UHGV virus genome: UHGV-0084588
DNA: 64,000 nucleotides
Reading direction: 5' to 3' (one strand)
Origin: a virus
The stretch's first letter is position 1, and every line of letters begins with the position of its first letter. A program made the position numbers and the translations under genes. Below, piece after piece: positions 27,139-35,695 of this stretch. A model generated the notes under the pieces. It was not told where the DNA came from and did not search any database. It saw only the letters and a list, made by a program, of their open reading frames with translations.

Positions 27139-28026
27139 TTAAATATAATCGATGGCGAATAAAGGATCTTCGTCGAAGTTAACACCTGGTTTTAAAATCA
27201 GTGGTGAATTATACGCTTCCAGTAAACGGTTAAGTTCGTTGTAGCGGCTATTCATCCGTTTGAGGTCTTCTAAGGTTACAACACGGTCCAGCATCGGTTT
27301 AACCGCTGCGGCTTCCTCGTCAGTCAATTTAACTTTCGACAACAGGAAACTGACGAGTTTAGAAATGTCCGCTTCGGTGGCTGGACTCTGACCGAAACGT
27401 ACCTGAACCATGTGCTGCATCCACGGTTTACGAATGCGTTTCGTAATCACGTGTTCGTCAGTAATGGCTTTCCAAACCGAACGCTCACGAATCCATTCAA
27501 ACTTATAGCTGTACGCCATTAAGTCAGCCAGATGCGTAATTCCGAGTTCTTGATAACCTTCAATATCGATATACGGTTCCGTATCAAAATACTCTTTGGT
27601 ATCCTTTTCAACCAAAGCGTAGTAGTTAGGGAACGCACCCAGGTAGTCTGGGCTCCACCAACGACGGGCCATCGGTTTAGCATCGAGTTCTTCAAACGGC
27701 GTGAACATAAGTTCTAAGTCAACTGTATTATTTAACACACCGTCGCTAAAGAAATATTTGCCGTCGATAAGTTTACCGCGTTGTGAGTTATCACCGGTAA
27801 AGACAACAATGCTTTCGCCAACCATATCACGAATTTTAAACGTGTTCTCAACCGTAAAGTTGTCACGATTAGCGATATGACGGCCGCGCACTTTCGGCCA
27901 TTCCCCAGGAATCATGGCAATTAAACGTACGTCGTCGGCAAGATGGTGACGTACCGAATCAGGGGAAGAGATGTGAAGTGGATGATTGAACGTTGTCGTA
28001 TATGCAAGATGTAGATCGTTCTTCAT
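27139..28026 (-). CDS. hypothetical protein
   Basis: 295-aa ORF between the Cys-rich genes and the radical SAM genes. Confidence 0.55.
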   Translation of the reverse strand: MKNDLHLAYTTTFNHPLHISSPDSVRHHLADDVRLIAMIPGEWPKVRGRHIANRDNFTVENTFKIRDMVGESIVVFTGDNSQRGKLIDGKYFFSDGVLNNTVDLELMFTPFEELDAKPMARRWWSPDYLGAFPNYYALVEKDTKEYFDTEPYIDIEGYQELGITHLADLMAYSYKFEWIRERSVWKAITDEHVITKRIRKPWMQHMVQVRFGQSPATEADISKLVSFLLSKVKLTDEEAAAVKPMLDRVVTLEDLKRMNSRYNELNRLLEAYNSPLILKPGVNFDEDPLFAIDYI

Positions 28027-28094
28027 TGATTACTCCAATTATTTCACGGTCAAACGGTCATTCAGGCTATAGAGTCTACCACTGGAGGGTTTAC

Positions 28095-28301
28095 TTACCT
28101 TCCCCCCGCACCTTTACTACAGCTACCACTGCACGCCCAGCTACAACTGCCGTTACAGTTATAGTGGGTTAATGGTAATCCTGCCAAGTTATTCGTCGTG
28201 GACACCGTACCTTGGTTAGCGATGTAGTTATTCGCGTCTGAGGTTTTGATGTAGCCTTCAACCTGACCGATTCTGTCTCGAATATTTTTGAGGGAAATCA
28301 C
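28095..28301 (-). CDS. Cys-rich leader/core small protein 3 (short core)
   Basis: GTG start with AGGAGGTGA RBS; leader MISLKNIRDRIGQVEGYIK..., then HYNCNGSCSWACSGSCSKGAGGR. Confidence 0.6.
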   Translation of the reverse strand: MISLKNIRDRIGQVEGYIKTSDANNYIANQGTVSTTNNLAGLPLTHYNCNGSCSWACSGSCSKGAGGR

Positions 28302-28311
28302 TTCTCACCTC

Positions 28312-28707
28312 CTATCGTCCTGTACACGCTGAGCAACCGCCAGTACAGCTACTGGAACACGATGCTGTGCACCCGCCAGAACAAGTGCCTGAGCACAGGT
28401 TAGCACACCCACCTGAACAACTCCCCGAGCACCCTGAACACGAAGTGGAACACCCTGACGTACAGTTTGCAGAACATGAGGAACCACAACCGCCGGACGC
28501 GTTCCCAGTACACCCACCAGAACAACTCGAACAGGTAAACGAACACGTACCCGCACAGTCGTAATGCGCACGATTCTGACCGCCGAACAGGTCTGCGTTA
28601 TTCGTACCTTTATTGCGGATATAGTTCTGTACACCCGTGGTATTTTTCAGTGCGATACTATCGACGTTATTAAGACGTCTTACTAATTCAGATAAACCGA
28701 CTGCCAT
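28312..28707 (-). CDS. Cys-rich leader/core small protein 2
   Basis: Leader MAVGLSELVRRLNNVDS... then an ~80-aa core of C-[ST]-x-x-C repeats (HYDCAGTCSFTCSSCSGGCTGN...); GGGGGAAG RBS. Confidence 0.65.
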   Translation of the reverse strand: MAVGLSELVRRLNNVDSIALKNTTGVQNYIRNKGTNNADLFGGQNRAHYDCAGTCSFTCSSCSGGCTGNASGGCGSSCSANCTSGCSTSCSGCSGSCSGGCANLCSGTCSGGCTASCSSSCTGGCSACTGR

Positions 28708-28716
28708 TTCTTCCCC

Positions 28717-29109
28717 CTATCGTCCAGAGCATCCGCCGGAGCAAGCACCCGAACAGTTATGCGAACAACGTCCAGTACAACTTCCGGTACAGGTACTTGT
28801 ACAACTGCTAGAACAACCGCCAGAACAGCCAGAGCATCCTGAACAGTTACCCCCACAGGACGAAGAACAGCTACCCACACAAGCGGCTGAACAGTTACCT
28901 GAACAGCTAGAGCAACCGTGACTACATCCGTTAGAACATGTCCACGAACACGTTCCTCCGCAGTCTAAACGTGAAGGTGTCCAACCAGAAAACGAATCTG
29001 CCGCGTTATGCGCTTTCGATGCGACCTGCGCATCGACACGAGGGCCGGTAGCGACTGTATTTTCTACTACGGTTAACCGATCGCGCATTTGTTTAACACT
29101 AATCGCCAT
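28717..29109 (-). CDS. Cys-rich leader/core small protein 1
   Basis: Leader MAISVKQMRDRLTVVEN... then SRLDCGGTCSWTCSNGCSHGCSSCSGNCS... ending GCSGR; AAGGAAG RBS. Confidence 0.65.
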   Translation of the reverse strand: MAISVKQMRDRLTVVENTVATGPRVDAQVASKAHNAADSFSGWTPSRLDCGGTCSWTCSNGCSHGCSSCSGNCSAACVGSCSSSCGGNCSGCSGCSGGCSSSCTSTCTGSCTGRCSHNCSGACSGGCSGR

Positions 29110-29113
29110 TACG

Positions 29114-29164
29114 CTTCCTTAAAATTAAAATAGAGGAGGAACCAGCCATAAGCATAGTTCCTCC
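29114..29164 (-). terminator. hairpin/terminator between the fibre genes and the Cys-rich cluster
   Basis: 8-bp stem GGAGGAAC/GTTCCTCC with a 14-nt loop; on the minus strand it is followed by TCTATTTTAATTTT. Confidence 0.5.
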
Positions 29165-29174
29165 TGTAATAAAA

Positions 29175-30374
29175 TTATCTCGTACCTGCTTCTGCCTGAA
29201 CGTCATCACGGGACGTCAAGTTAGCGTTAACGTGCACTGAAGCCTGAACCACACCGCCGTATTTCTTGTGCAGGTAACCTGTGTGTGGGTTATCCGCCGC
29301 AATATGGTTTTGTAGGTTCTGATTCGCCTGACTGATTGCGTTCGTGTTATTCGCAACCTGTTGTTTAAGCGCATCCAAGTTTTGTTGCAGATTATCAATT
29401 TTCTGATCGGTCTCATTACCCCGCTGTTCTAACGCAGCAATGCGCTGAATCGCTTGGTTGAGCTTGGTGTTCAGATCGTTGATATTTTTCTGTAACTGTA
29501 ACACTAACGAGTTTAGGTTCGCCAGTGCCAGTGCCATTTTCTGGTAGTTTTGTGCAACGACGTTAAGTTGGTCGTTCCACGCTTCCAGAGATTTGACAAC
29601 AGCATCAATACGTTTTCCTAACGCTTCGTCCGCTTTCTTCAATGCGTTGATTTCAGTAATCGTTGCATCAATGGCAGACTGCACGTCGCGGATAAGCGCA
29701 CGGATTTCCGTTTCCGTTAACCCGTTAACCTGATGAATATCCAGATGGTGGACATTACCAGTGGAGTTAATGTGCGCGTTCAGCGCGTCCAGGAAATCGT
29801 TTTTCAGGCTATCGAGAATCGCTTTGATGTTCTCAAGCTGTACAGCATCGCCCGCAGTTATCGCATCTTTAATACCGGCGAGCACTGTAATGATGTATTC
29901 GAAGCCGTAGATATCGCCGACGTCTTTATACGTTGGTGCCGAAGGAAACGTGTCCGGCACATTTCGCAAGTCTTTAAAGCCAACAGTTCGATTATCGAGA
30001 TTCAACTCGGCAATCGCTTGCTCAATCGCGGTCACAACTGCAGACTGTGGACCACCAACTACTTGCGCCGATACCGTGATATCGGTCGGAATCGCGGTGT
30101 TCGTTACAACAACCGCCATTACTACTTCCCGGTTCTTCGTCAATTTCTCGTAAGCCGGGTGTGCAAAAATCAGCTCATAGTCCGTTCCACGCTCATACGT
30201 CGCTCCAGGTCGATTGGCAACCCGCAAGCGGAACGTATCGGCATAAAACGGGCCATCAGGGAAAGCAAACGCACGGTTAACTTTACCTGTACCTAACGTA
30301 ATCTGACGCTCCACGGCGTTAGAGGTTAGGGTTCCCGTTAAATCTAAAGGGTATTGGTATACAATGGAGGCCAT
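29175..30374 (-). CDS. fibre-like protein with N-terminal anchor motif and coiled-coil shaft
   Basis: Start at the ATG at 30374 (AAGGAGAG RBS); N-terminal FAFPDGPFYADTFRLRV...GTDYELIF shared with the three giant tailspikes; long heptad-like region. Confidence 0.6.
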   Translation of the reverse strand: MASIVYQYPLDLTGTLTSNAVERQITLGTGKVNRAFAFPDGPFYADTFRLRVANRPGATYERGTDYELIFAHPAYEKLTKNREVVMAVVVTNTAIPTDITVSAQVVGGPQSAVVTAIEQAIAELNLDNRTVGFKDLRNVPDTFPSAPTYKDVGDIYGFEYIITVLAGIKDAITAGDAVQLENIKAILDSLKNDFLDALNAHINSTGNVHHLDIHQVNGLTETEIRALIRDVQSAIDATITEINALKKADEALGKRIDAVVKSLEAWNDQLNVVAQNYQKMALALANLNSLVLQLQKNINDLNTKLNQAIQRIAALEQRGNETDQKIDNLQQNLDALKQQVANNTNAISQANQNLQNHIAADNPHTGYLHKKYGGVVQASVHVNANLTSRDDVQAEAGTR

Positions 30375-30414
30375 GGCCACTCTCCTTAATCCGAGACGTC
30401 CTTGTCTCGTGGCG

Positions 30415-33400
30415 TTAAGATGTAAACATAAGATTGAACTGGAGCTTATCGATATCGCGAGTTTGTGCTGGGTTAACCGCATCGTACGTGGTTGCCACGT
30501 AGACCGTTAACGTGCCGTCAGAAAACGCGGTTTTCACCGGTGGTGTAGTCCCTGTCTGTCCATCAGTTACAATGACGACAGGTTGAGCCGGGAGTTGACG
30601 AAACTGACTCTTAACCGCTTTATACACCAAACCAGATTGTGCCGCTTGCTCTGTGGCGGTGTACACGATAAACGGTGTGTCGATATCTGTCTGTTTAATG
30701 ACAGTGTTCGTCTCAACGTCAATCAGCTGAACAGCACCAAATTTGGTCCGGTAACTATCGTATTCATTTTTTGGAATGACAAACGTAGCATGAAGGCGGA
30801 CTTCGGCGGCTGGCTTAAATCCCGCGTGTTCTTTTTCCAGGTAACTGTTAGCAGTTAGCGTTACTGTCTGTTCAGTCATCGTACCGCCAGACTGATTTAG
30901 CCCGTAACGAACTTGAGTTATACCTGTCGGGGCCGCAAGCCTGATTTTCAGTCGACGATTAGTAGTACCAGGATCGCCAGGTACTTTAACACGCAGACTC
31001 AATGCCAGATATGCATACTCGCCGGTAGTCGGTTTCGTATACGCACCCAACCACTTCATGTTCGCGGTTGCTGCTTGTTTGTTCTCAGAAGCAGTAGCCG
31101 CTGCAACGTTCGCAGCAACCGCTTTCTGCCAGAACTGGTCAGCGCAGTTCTCATACGCCACCCTGCTGATACTTTTATAACCTGAATAGGTTTCCTGTAC
31201 CGGCAACCTGGGCCGCGTTGCAATCCCGGACAACGTATTCCATTTCTGGCCATCGACATACCCAGCACCCTTGCTCGCAGATGCTGTAATGGCTTTAACG
31301 GGTTTATTAACCACTGTTAATAGTGGACCAGTTTTCCTGTCGAACGCCTGCGCCACATCGTGCTGATCAACAACCGAGGCATGATTTTCCAGCTCTTTTA
31401 CACGACCTAACCGTTTTACTTTATCGATACTGATATCCGTAATACGGTTCGAATCAGTGGTTACTGTCCCAACAAACAGTCTCGACGAGGTATCAGCTAA
31501 CTGCTCTAAACCGATGCGGTATTGGGCAGTAGAACCGACCACTTCAGCATAAACGTAGAATGTCTGGTTAGCGTGATTAGTCGGGAATTCATCGCTTAAA
31601 TCAACGGACCATCTTGGAACGGTATATCTTTTATTTCCAAAACTTAACTCGGTTTCCTCCGTCAGATAGAAATTCCAACCGCTCTGTGTTTGTACGCCGC
31701 CAATAATAATCTTATCGATAACAGTATATTTTTTGTTAAACAAATCAGAGATTCTATACTGTTCGCCACCGAGATACAACTCGTTTAAATCTTCCGAGTT
31801 ACAAGTCAATAGCGCGATGCCCGAGAGATCGGGTATATAGACTTCAGATGTATTATTCAGCGTATACGTATAGCCCCACGCCCGATGAATTTCGCCGGTA
31901 AACCATTCTCCTTTTTTAGTCAAGTTTATCCCAAAAGCAAAAGAAATCTCTGATCCTACAAGATTCCCGCCAACCAGGTTATGTATTGAGAATCTGAACT
32001 TTTGTCCGTCTTGCGAATAAAGGAAAACTTGACCGGAGCGTTGTTTAAGTTCACCATTAAAAGCTGTGGGTGAGAGATTAATGGCGTTACTGGCCACTTT
32101 TTCCCTGAACGTCATCATTCTCGCTTCCGAACTAACGAACCTTATGACCCCGTTGGTTATAGTCGGTTTTACCTGAAAGAAGTAAAAAGCAAACTTATTT
32201 ACCCCGTCAGTGTCTTTATAGATAAGACTCACTATCGCGATACAAAGCGGACCACCAGACATCGTTTGACCAAGCACCCAAAAGGACAAACTGTAGTTGT
32301 TCTTTTTGGTCTTAGCTACGCTAATCCGCTCATAGGCGTTGCCGTTAGAAGCCCCAGAGAACTGGCTGGACTGAACAATATTAGTCAACTTCGCCCATTC
32401 TGCCGCATCGATAGACAACCGATCACTAGCCACCGTAGTGGTACCGTAAACAACTTTACATGGTTTACTTTCAGCACCGATAAAGTAAGCCCCATCTAGT
32501 AGACCTTTCGGTATGTCTGGCGTAACAACCAGCGGTATATTTGTCAATACGCCGTATTCGTTCGCTTTTTTTTCAACACGGCGGGATGTTGGTCCAAACC
32601 CGCCGTATCCAGGATAACCATAAGTCGTATCTTTATCATATTCGGCTTCAATGAAATAAGCCGTTTTTTGATGTTTAAGCCATACTTTGTTTGTTCCTGG
32701 GAAGAACAATGGGAAGGTCATAGACGGTTTCCACACCGAACCCACCACAGGGTTTATCCGATTTTCAAACGTAGATTGCCCCTCATACCCCGCACTCAAC
32801 TTAACATAGTCCAGATAACTAACTCCTTCTGGGAGTTTCTGGTAATGGAGAGATGGTGCAAGTTGTTTTTCTGTCGAACAGCAGCAAGAATAAACCATAT
32901 CACCGACACAGATTCTATTGTCGGCCATATAGCCAGAACTTCGAGTAGCCCATTTCCATTTCAGCTCTATTTTTGTTCCGTCTTTTAAGTAGCAACCTGT
33001 AGTATCGATTTTGATTGGGAAGATGTTAGTTGTCTCTAACCCAACCTCCCCGGTTAATAGGTCGAGACGATAAGCACCATTCCATGGCCCGAATGTGGTA
33101 CCTTTCGTTGAAGAAAAACCAAGACAAACGCCAGACACGCCGACGGTTAACAAGTGACCGTCCTTAACAACGGGCGTTATCCATCTTGACACCCCTCTAG
33201 TTAATTGTAAATTCACTGTCCACAACGCTTTGCCTTCCGCAGTGAAGTAGGCAAGACGCTTCGTATTCGGATTATCTACATCGAACGCGCCAGGTTCAAC
33301 CAAATCGGCACACTTACCGATTTTTCGTGTAGAGCTTAAATCAACCTGTTCAAACCGATCGGTTTTATTAAGCCGCAATAACCCAACACGGAACATAGGT

Positions 33401-35601
33401 TGCGGAGTATCCTTAATGTAGTCCACCAGACTATTGTTTTTCAGATCGGCCATTAGCATCGTACGCAAAACATAAACGCCATTATCGGCTATGACCACAC
33501 GATCCATGAACATATTCGGCACAAATTCCCATGTTGTTTCTGAAACAAATTCTGAGAAAGTTACCAACCTGACATCGGTATGTTTGGTGTAATCCATTGA
33601 ACCGTTCAGTTTAACTAAATAATAATTATCGTCGCTGCCCTTCGCTATAAATGCTTCGGTACCAGTAACGGTAATTTCTTTTAGTTCCACCCCCGGATAA
33701 TTCGTCTCTAACCCTTTCGGCTTATAACGGAAAGTTGTTTTGTAAATTTCACCGAGACTTTTGTCGTTTTTTAACCCAGCAACAGCGTAATAAATACCCT
33801 CAGTTCCCGGAAGGGCAGATTTAGAACTAATTAAAGCATAAAGCTTACCTTGTTGTACCCCTATAACCATCTGGAGCGCATCCATGTTTTTACCATAACC
33901 TTCGTAATTACCCATCGACAAGATCGGCAATATCGAATTGTTGGTATATTTGCTCCCGGCCGTTGTCCATGCGGGCAAGAGGGTATTCAGTTTATCAGAG
34001 ACCTTCTTAATCTCTTTTGCGAACAACCACCCTTGGCGTGATGTGACGGCTTTATCATTCGTGGTATCAATCGCATCCCACAGCTGTAAGATACCGTCCA
34101 CTGTTGCGCTACCGATCGGGACATTATCCAAATCAGCGGTAGTGTGCGTGTGTACCTTCAAACTTTTATTTTTCAGCACGTTCGCTAATGCTTTTGTTAC
34201 CGGTTTAGCGATGGGTGTGGTGTTATTCATCTTATCGATACCGAAATCGGCCTTCGTTAAGGTTAACACCATGTTGTCGCCTGTCTTAACAAACCCTTTA
34301 CCGTTAACCGTGTAGTCGTCGTCAACGTACAAGTCCAACCGGTCTTTTAATTCGGTCACAGCCTTTTGGGAAATAGCAGTGCCTAGCGCTACAGAGGTTG
34401 CGATATTCGTAATCGAAAACACCCCATAAACCGACTCGGTTGCTGTGGGAATATTCGCATTCAACGTTAGTGGGTTAGACTGCTTCGCTGTACCGTACGG
34501 TTTTACGGTGTCAGACGATTTGAAATAGGCGTTCGCTTCAAGTAACGTTACAGACGTCAGGTACATGTTCACCATTTCTGGTGTAACCAAATACACAGAG
34601 TTATAGACCGGTGCTAATACATCCTGTTCTGACCCAGAATGTACCCAAAGCGTATTCAGCCCCGCACTAAACTCAACCGCCAAACCGGATTCGTTGTTGT
34701 CTTGGTCTGCTTTAATCACTAACGGTTGTGGTGAAGTAATTAACCACTTATCACCACGGATGCTGATGATGTGTCCACCCGGTGTTTTAAACGTTAGTTC
34801 ATTACCGTTCGTGGTACCCCAACGACCGTAAACGGTACCGAGGGCTTCGCCCATTAACTGTTCAACGTCTGATTGCTCAATGCCCGCCGAACCCATCAGC
34901 GTAGCCAGTTGGTCAATTGTCAACCCAAACGCTTTTGTAGCGTCAACAGCACGTCCTAAAACCGGAAGGGCCCCAACGTCATTGGTCGTATACTGGTGAG
35001 CGTTAGGATTAAGGTGGTGTTGGTATAGTTCTTCATCGAAAATCTTTTTACCGTTCTCGTAAATCAGGTTAGTGACTTCGGTGAAGGCCGCATCTAACTC
35101 TGTTGAACGCTGAATGATTTTCTTGCGGATATCGTTCAACGCTTTAACGACCTCGTCCCTCAGAATCGCTTCTTCTAAGTTAGCAGGGGGGTCGATTGGT
35201 TGAATAACCGGCGCGTACGCCATTAACTCCGACCAGTCCACGTTACGTGGGTCTTTCAGGTCAGTACGAACTAAGAACTTCCCGATTTCAGATTGCGGTA
35301 CACGGTATTGACGTGCTACCCCTAAAATCTCATATTCGATTTCTGTTGCAGTAAGCAACATAAACCCGCCATAAATCTGATCTTGTTCAGCTTCTGCGAG
35401 TTCTTTAAAGTAATAGCCTAAATAGTAGTCCAACCCCTCAATCAGAGTACGACGTCCGTTAGGCGCGGTATCGTCGGCTACTGTGAGTTTTAATCCGATA
35501 CGATAAAAAGGTCCTTCAGGCGGAATGACCACGTTAAATCGGTTAGGGTACGTCGTTGTGCTTAGCGTACCGTTAAACTGCGCCGCGTCTTCTCTCGGCA
35601 T
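30415..35601 (-). CDS. giant tailspike/tail-fibre protein (1728 aa)
   Basis: N-terminal VIPPEGPFYRIGLKLTV...LIEGLDYYL anchor motif (T7 gp17 / T4 gp10-like as recalled); a tail-fibre-type segment with KVHTHTTADL; AGGAG RBS. Confidence 0.75.
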   Translation of the reverse strand: MPREDAAQFNGTLSTTTYPNRFNVVIPPEGPFYRIGLKLTVADDTAPNGRRTLIEGLDYYLGYYFKELAEAEQDQIYGGFMLLTATEIEYEILGVARQYRVPQSEIGKFLVRTDLKDPRNVDWSELMAYAPVIQPIDPPANLEEAILRDEVVKALNDIRKKIIQRSTELDAAFTEVTNLIYENGKKIFDEELYQHHLNPNAHQYTTNDVGALPVLGRAVDATKAFGLTIDQLATLMGSAGIEQSDVEQLMGEALGTVYGRWGTTNGNELTFKTPGGHIISIRGDKWLITSPQPLVIKADQDNNESGLAVEFSAGLNTLWVHSGSEQDVLAPVYNSVYLVTPEMVNMYLTSVTLLEANAYFKSSDTVKPYGTAKQSNPLTLNANIPTATESVYGVFSITNIATSVALGTAISQKAVTELKDRLDLYVDDDYTVNGKGFVKTGDNMVLTLTKADFGIDKMNNTTPIAKPVTKALANVLKNKSLKVHTHTTADLDNVPIGSATVDGILQLWDAIDTTNDKAVTSRQGWLFAKEIKKVSDKLNTLLPAWTTAGSKYTNNSILPILSMGNYEGYGKNMDALQMVIGVQQGKLYALISSKSALPGTEGIYYAVAGLKNDKSLGEIYKTTFRYKPKGLETNYPGVELKEITVTGTEAFIAKGSDDNYYLVKLNGSMDYTKHTDVRLVTFSEFVSETTWEFVPNMFMDRVVIADNGVYVLRTMLMADLKNNSLVDYIKDTPQPMFRVGLLRLNKTDRFEQVDLSSTRKIGKCADLVEPGAFDVDNPNTKRLAYFTAEGKALWTVNLQLTRGVSRWITPVVKDGHLLTVGVSGVCLGFSSTKGTTFGPWNGAYRLDLLTGEVGLETTNIFPIKIDTTGCYLKDGTKIELKWKWATRSSGYMADNRICVGDMVYSCCCSTEKQLAPSLHYQKLPEGVSYLDYVKLSAGYEGQSTFENRINPVVGSVWKPSMTFPLFFPGTNKVWLKHQKTAYFIEAEYDKDTTYGYPGYGGFGPTSRRVEKKANEYGVLTNIPLVVTPDIPKGLLDGAYFIGAESKPCKVVYGTTTVASDRLSIDAAEWAKLTNIVQSSQFSGASNGNAYERISVAKTKKNNYSLSFWVLGQTMSGGPLCIAIVSLIYKDTDGVNKFAFYFFQVKPTITNGVIRFVSSEARMMTFREKVASNAINLSPTAFNGELKQRSGQVFLYSQDGQKFRFSIHNLVGGNLVGSEISFAFGINLTKKGEWFTGEIHRAWGYTYTLNNTSEVYIPDLSGIALLTCNSEDLNELYLGGEQYRISDLFNKKYTVIDKIIIGGVQTQSGWNFYLTEETELSFGNKRYTVPRWSVDLSDEFPTNHANQTFYVYAEVVGSTAQYRIGLEQLADTSSRLFVGTVTTDSNRITDISIDKVKRLGRVKELENHASVVDQHDVAQAFDRKTGPLLTVVNKPVKAITASASKGAGYVDGQKWNTLSGIATRPRLPVQETYSGYKSISRVAYENCADQFWQKAVAANVAAATASENKQAATANMKWLGAYTKPTTGEYAYLALSLRVKVPGDPGTTNRRLKIRLAAPTGITQVRYGLNQSGGTMTEQTVTLTANSYLEKEHAGFKPAAEVRLHATFVIPKNEYDSYRTKFGAVQLIDVETNTVIKQTDIDTPFIVYTATEQAAQSGLVYKAVKSQFRQLPAQPVVIVTDGQTGTTPPVKTAFSDGTLTVYVATTYDAVNPAQTRDIDKLQFNLMFTS

Positions 35602-35619
35602 CGTAAAGACTCCTACTTT

Positions 35620-35658
35620 TAAATAAAATGGATACCCCTCCCCATTACAGGGAGGGGT
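35620..35658 (-). terminator. hairpin between tailspike genes
   Basis: ACCCCTCC-ccattacag-GGAGGGGT, followed on the minus strand by a U-rich stretch and the RBS of the next gene. Confidence 0.5.
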
Positions 35659-35695
35659 TACCTACGGACACACAACTGCCCGCAGGCAGTCTGTC

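Noticed and set aside
28367-28921. Plus-strand ORFs with PPEQ/PEH repeats (28367..28564, 28637..28921), plus minus-strand ORFs 28305..28634 and 28683..28880
   Set aside because: Antisense or alternative-frame shadows of the Cys/Gly/Ser-rich genes; the Cys-rich frames carry RBSs, conserved leaders and paralogy, the others do not.
33850-34315. Plus-strand ORFs 33850..34041 and 33938..34315, and others embedded antisense in the giant minus-strand genes (for example 41215..41877 and 41902..42333)
   Set aside because: Antisense to long, well-supported tailspike CDS; no RBS or conservation evident.
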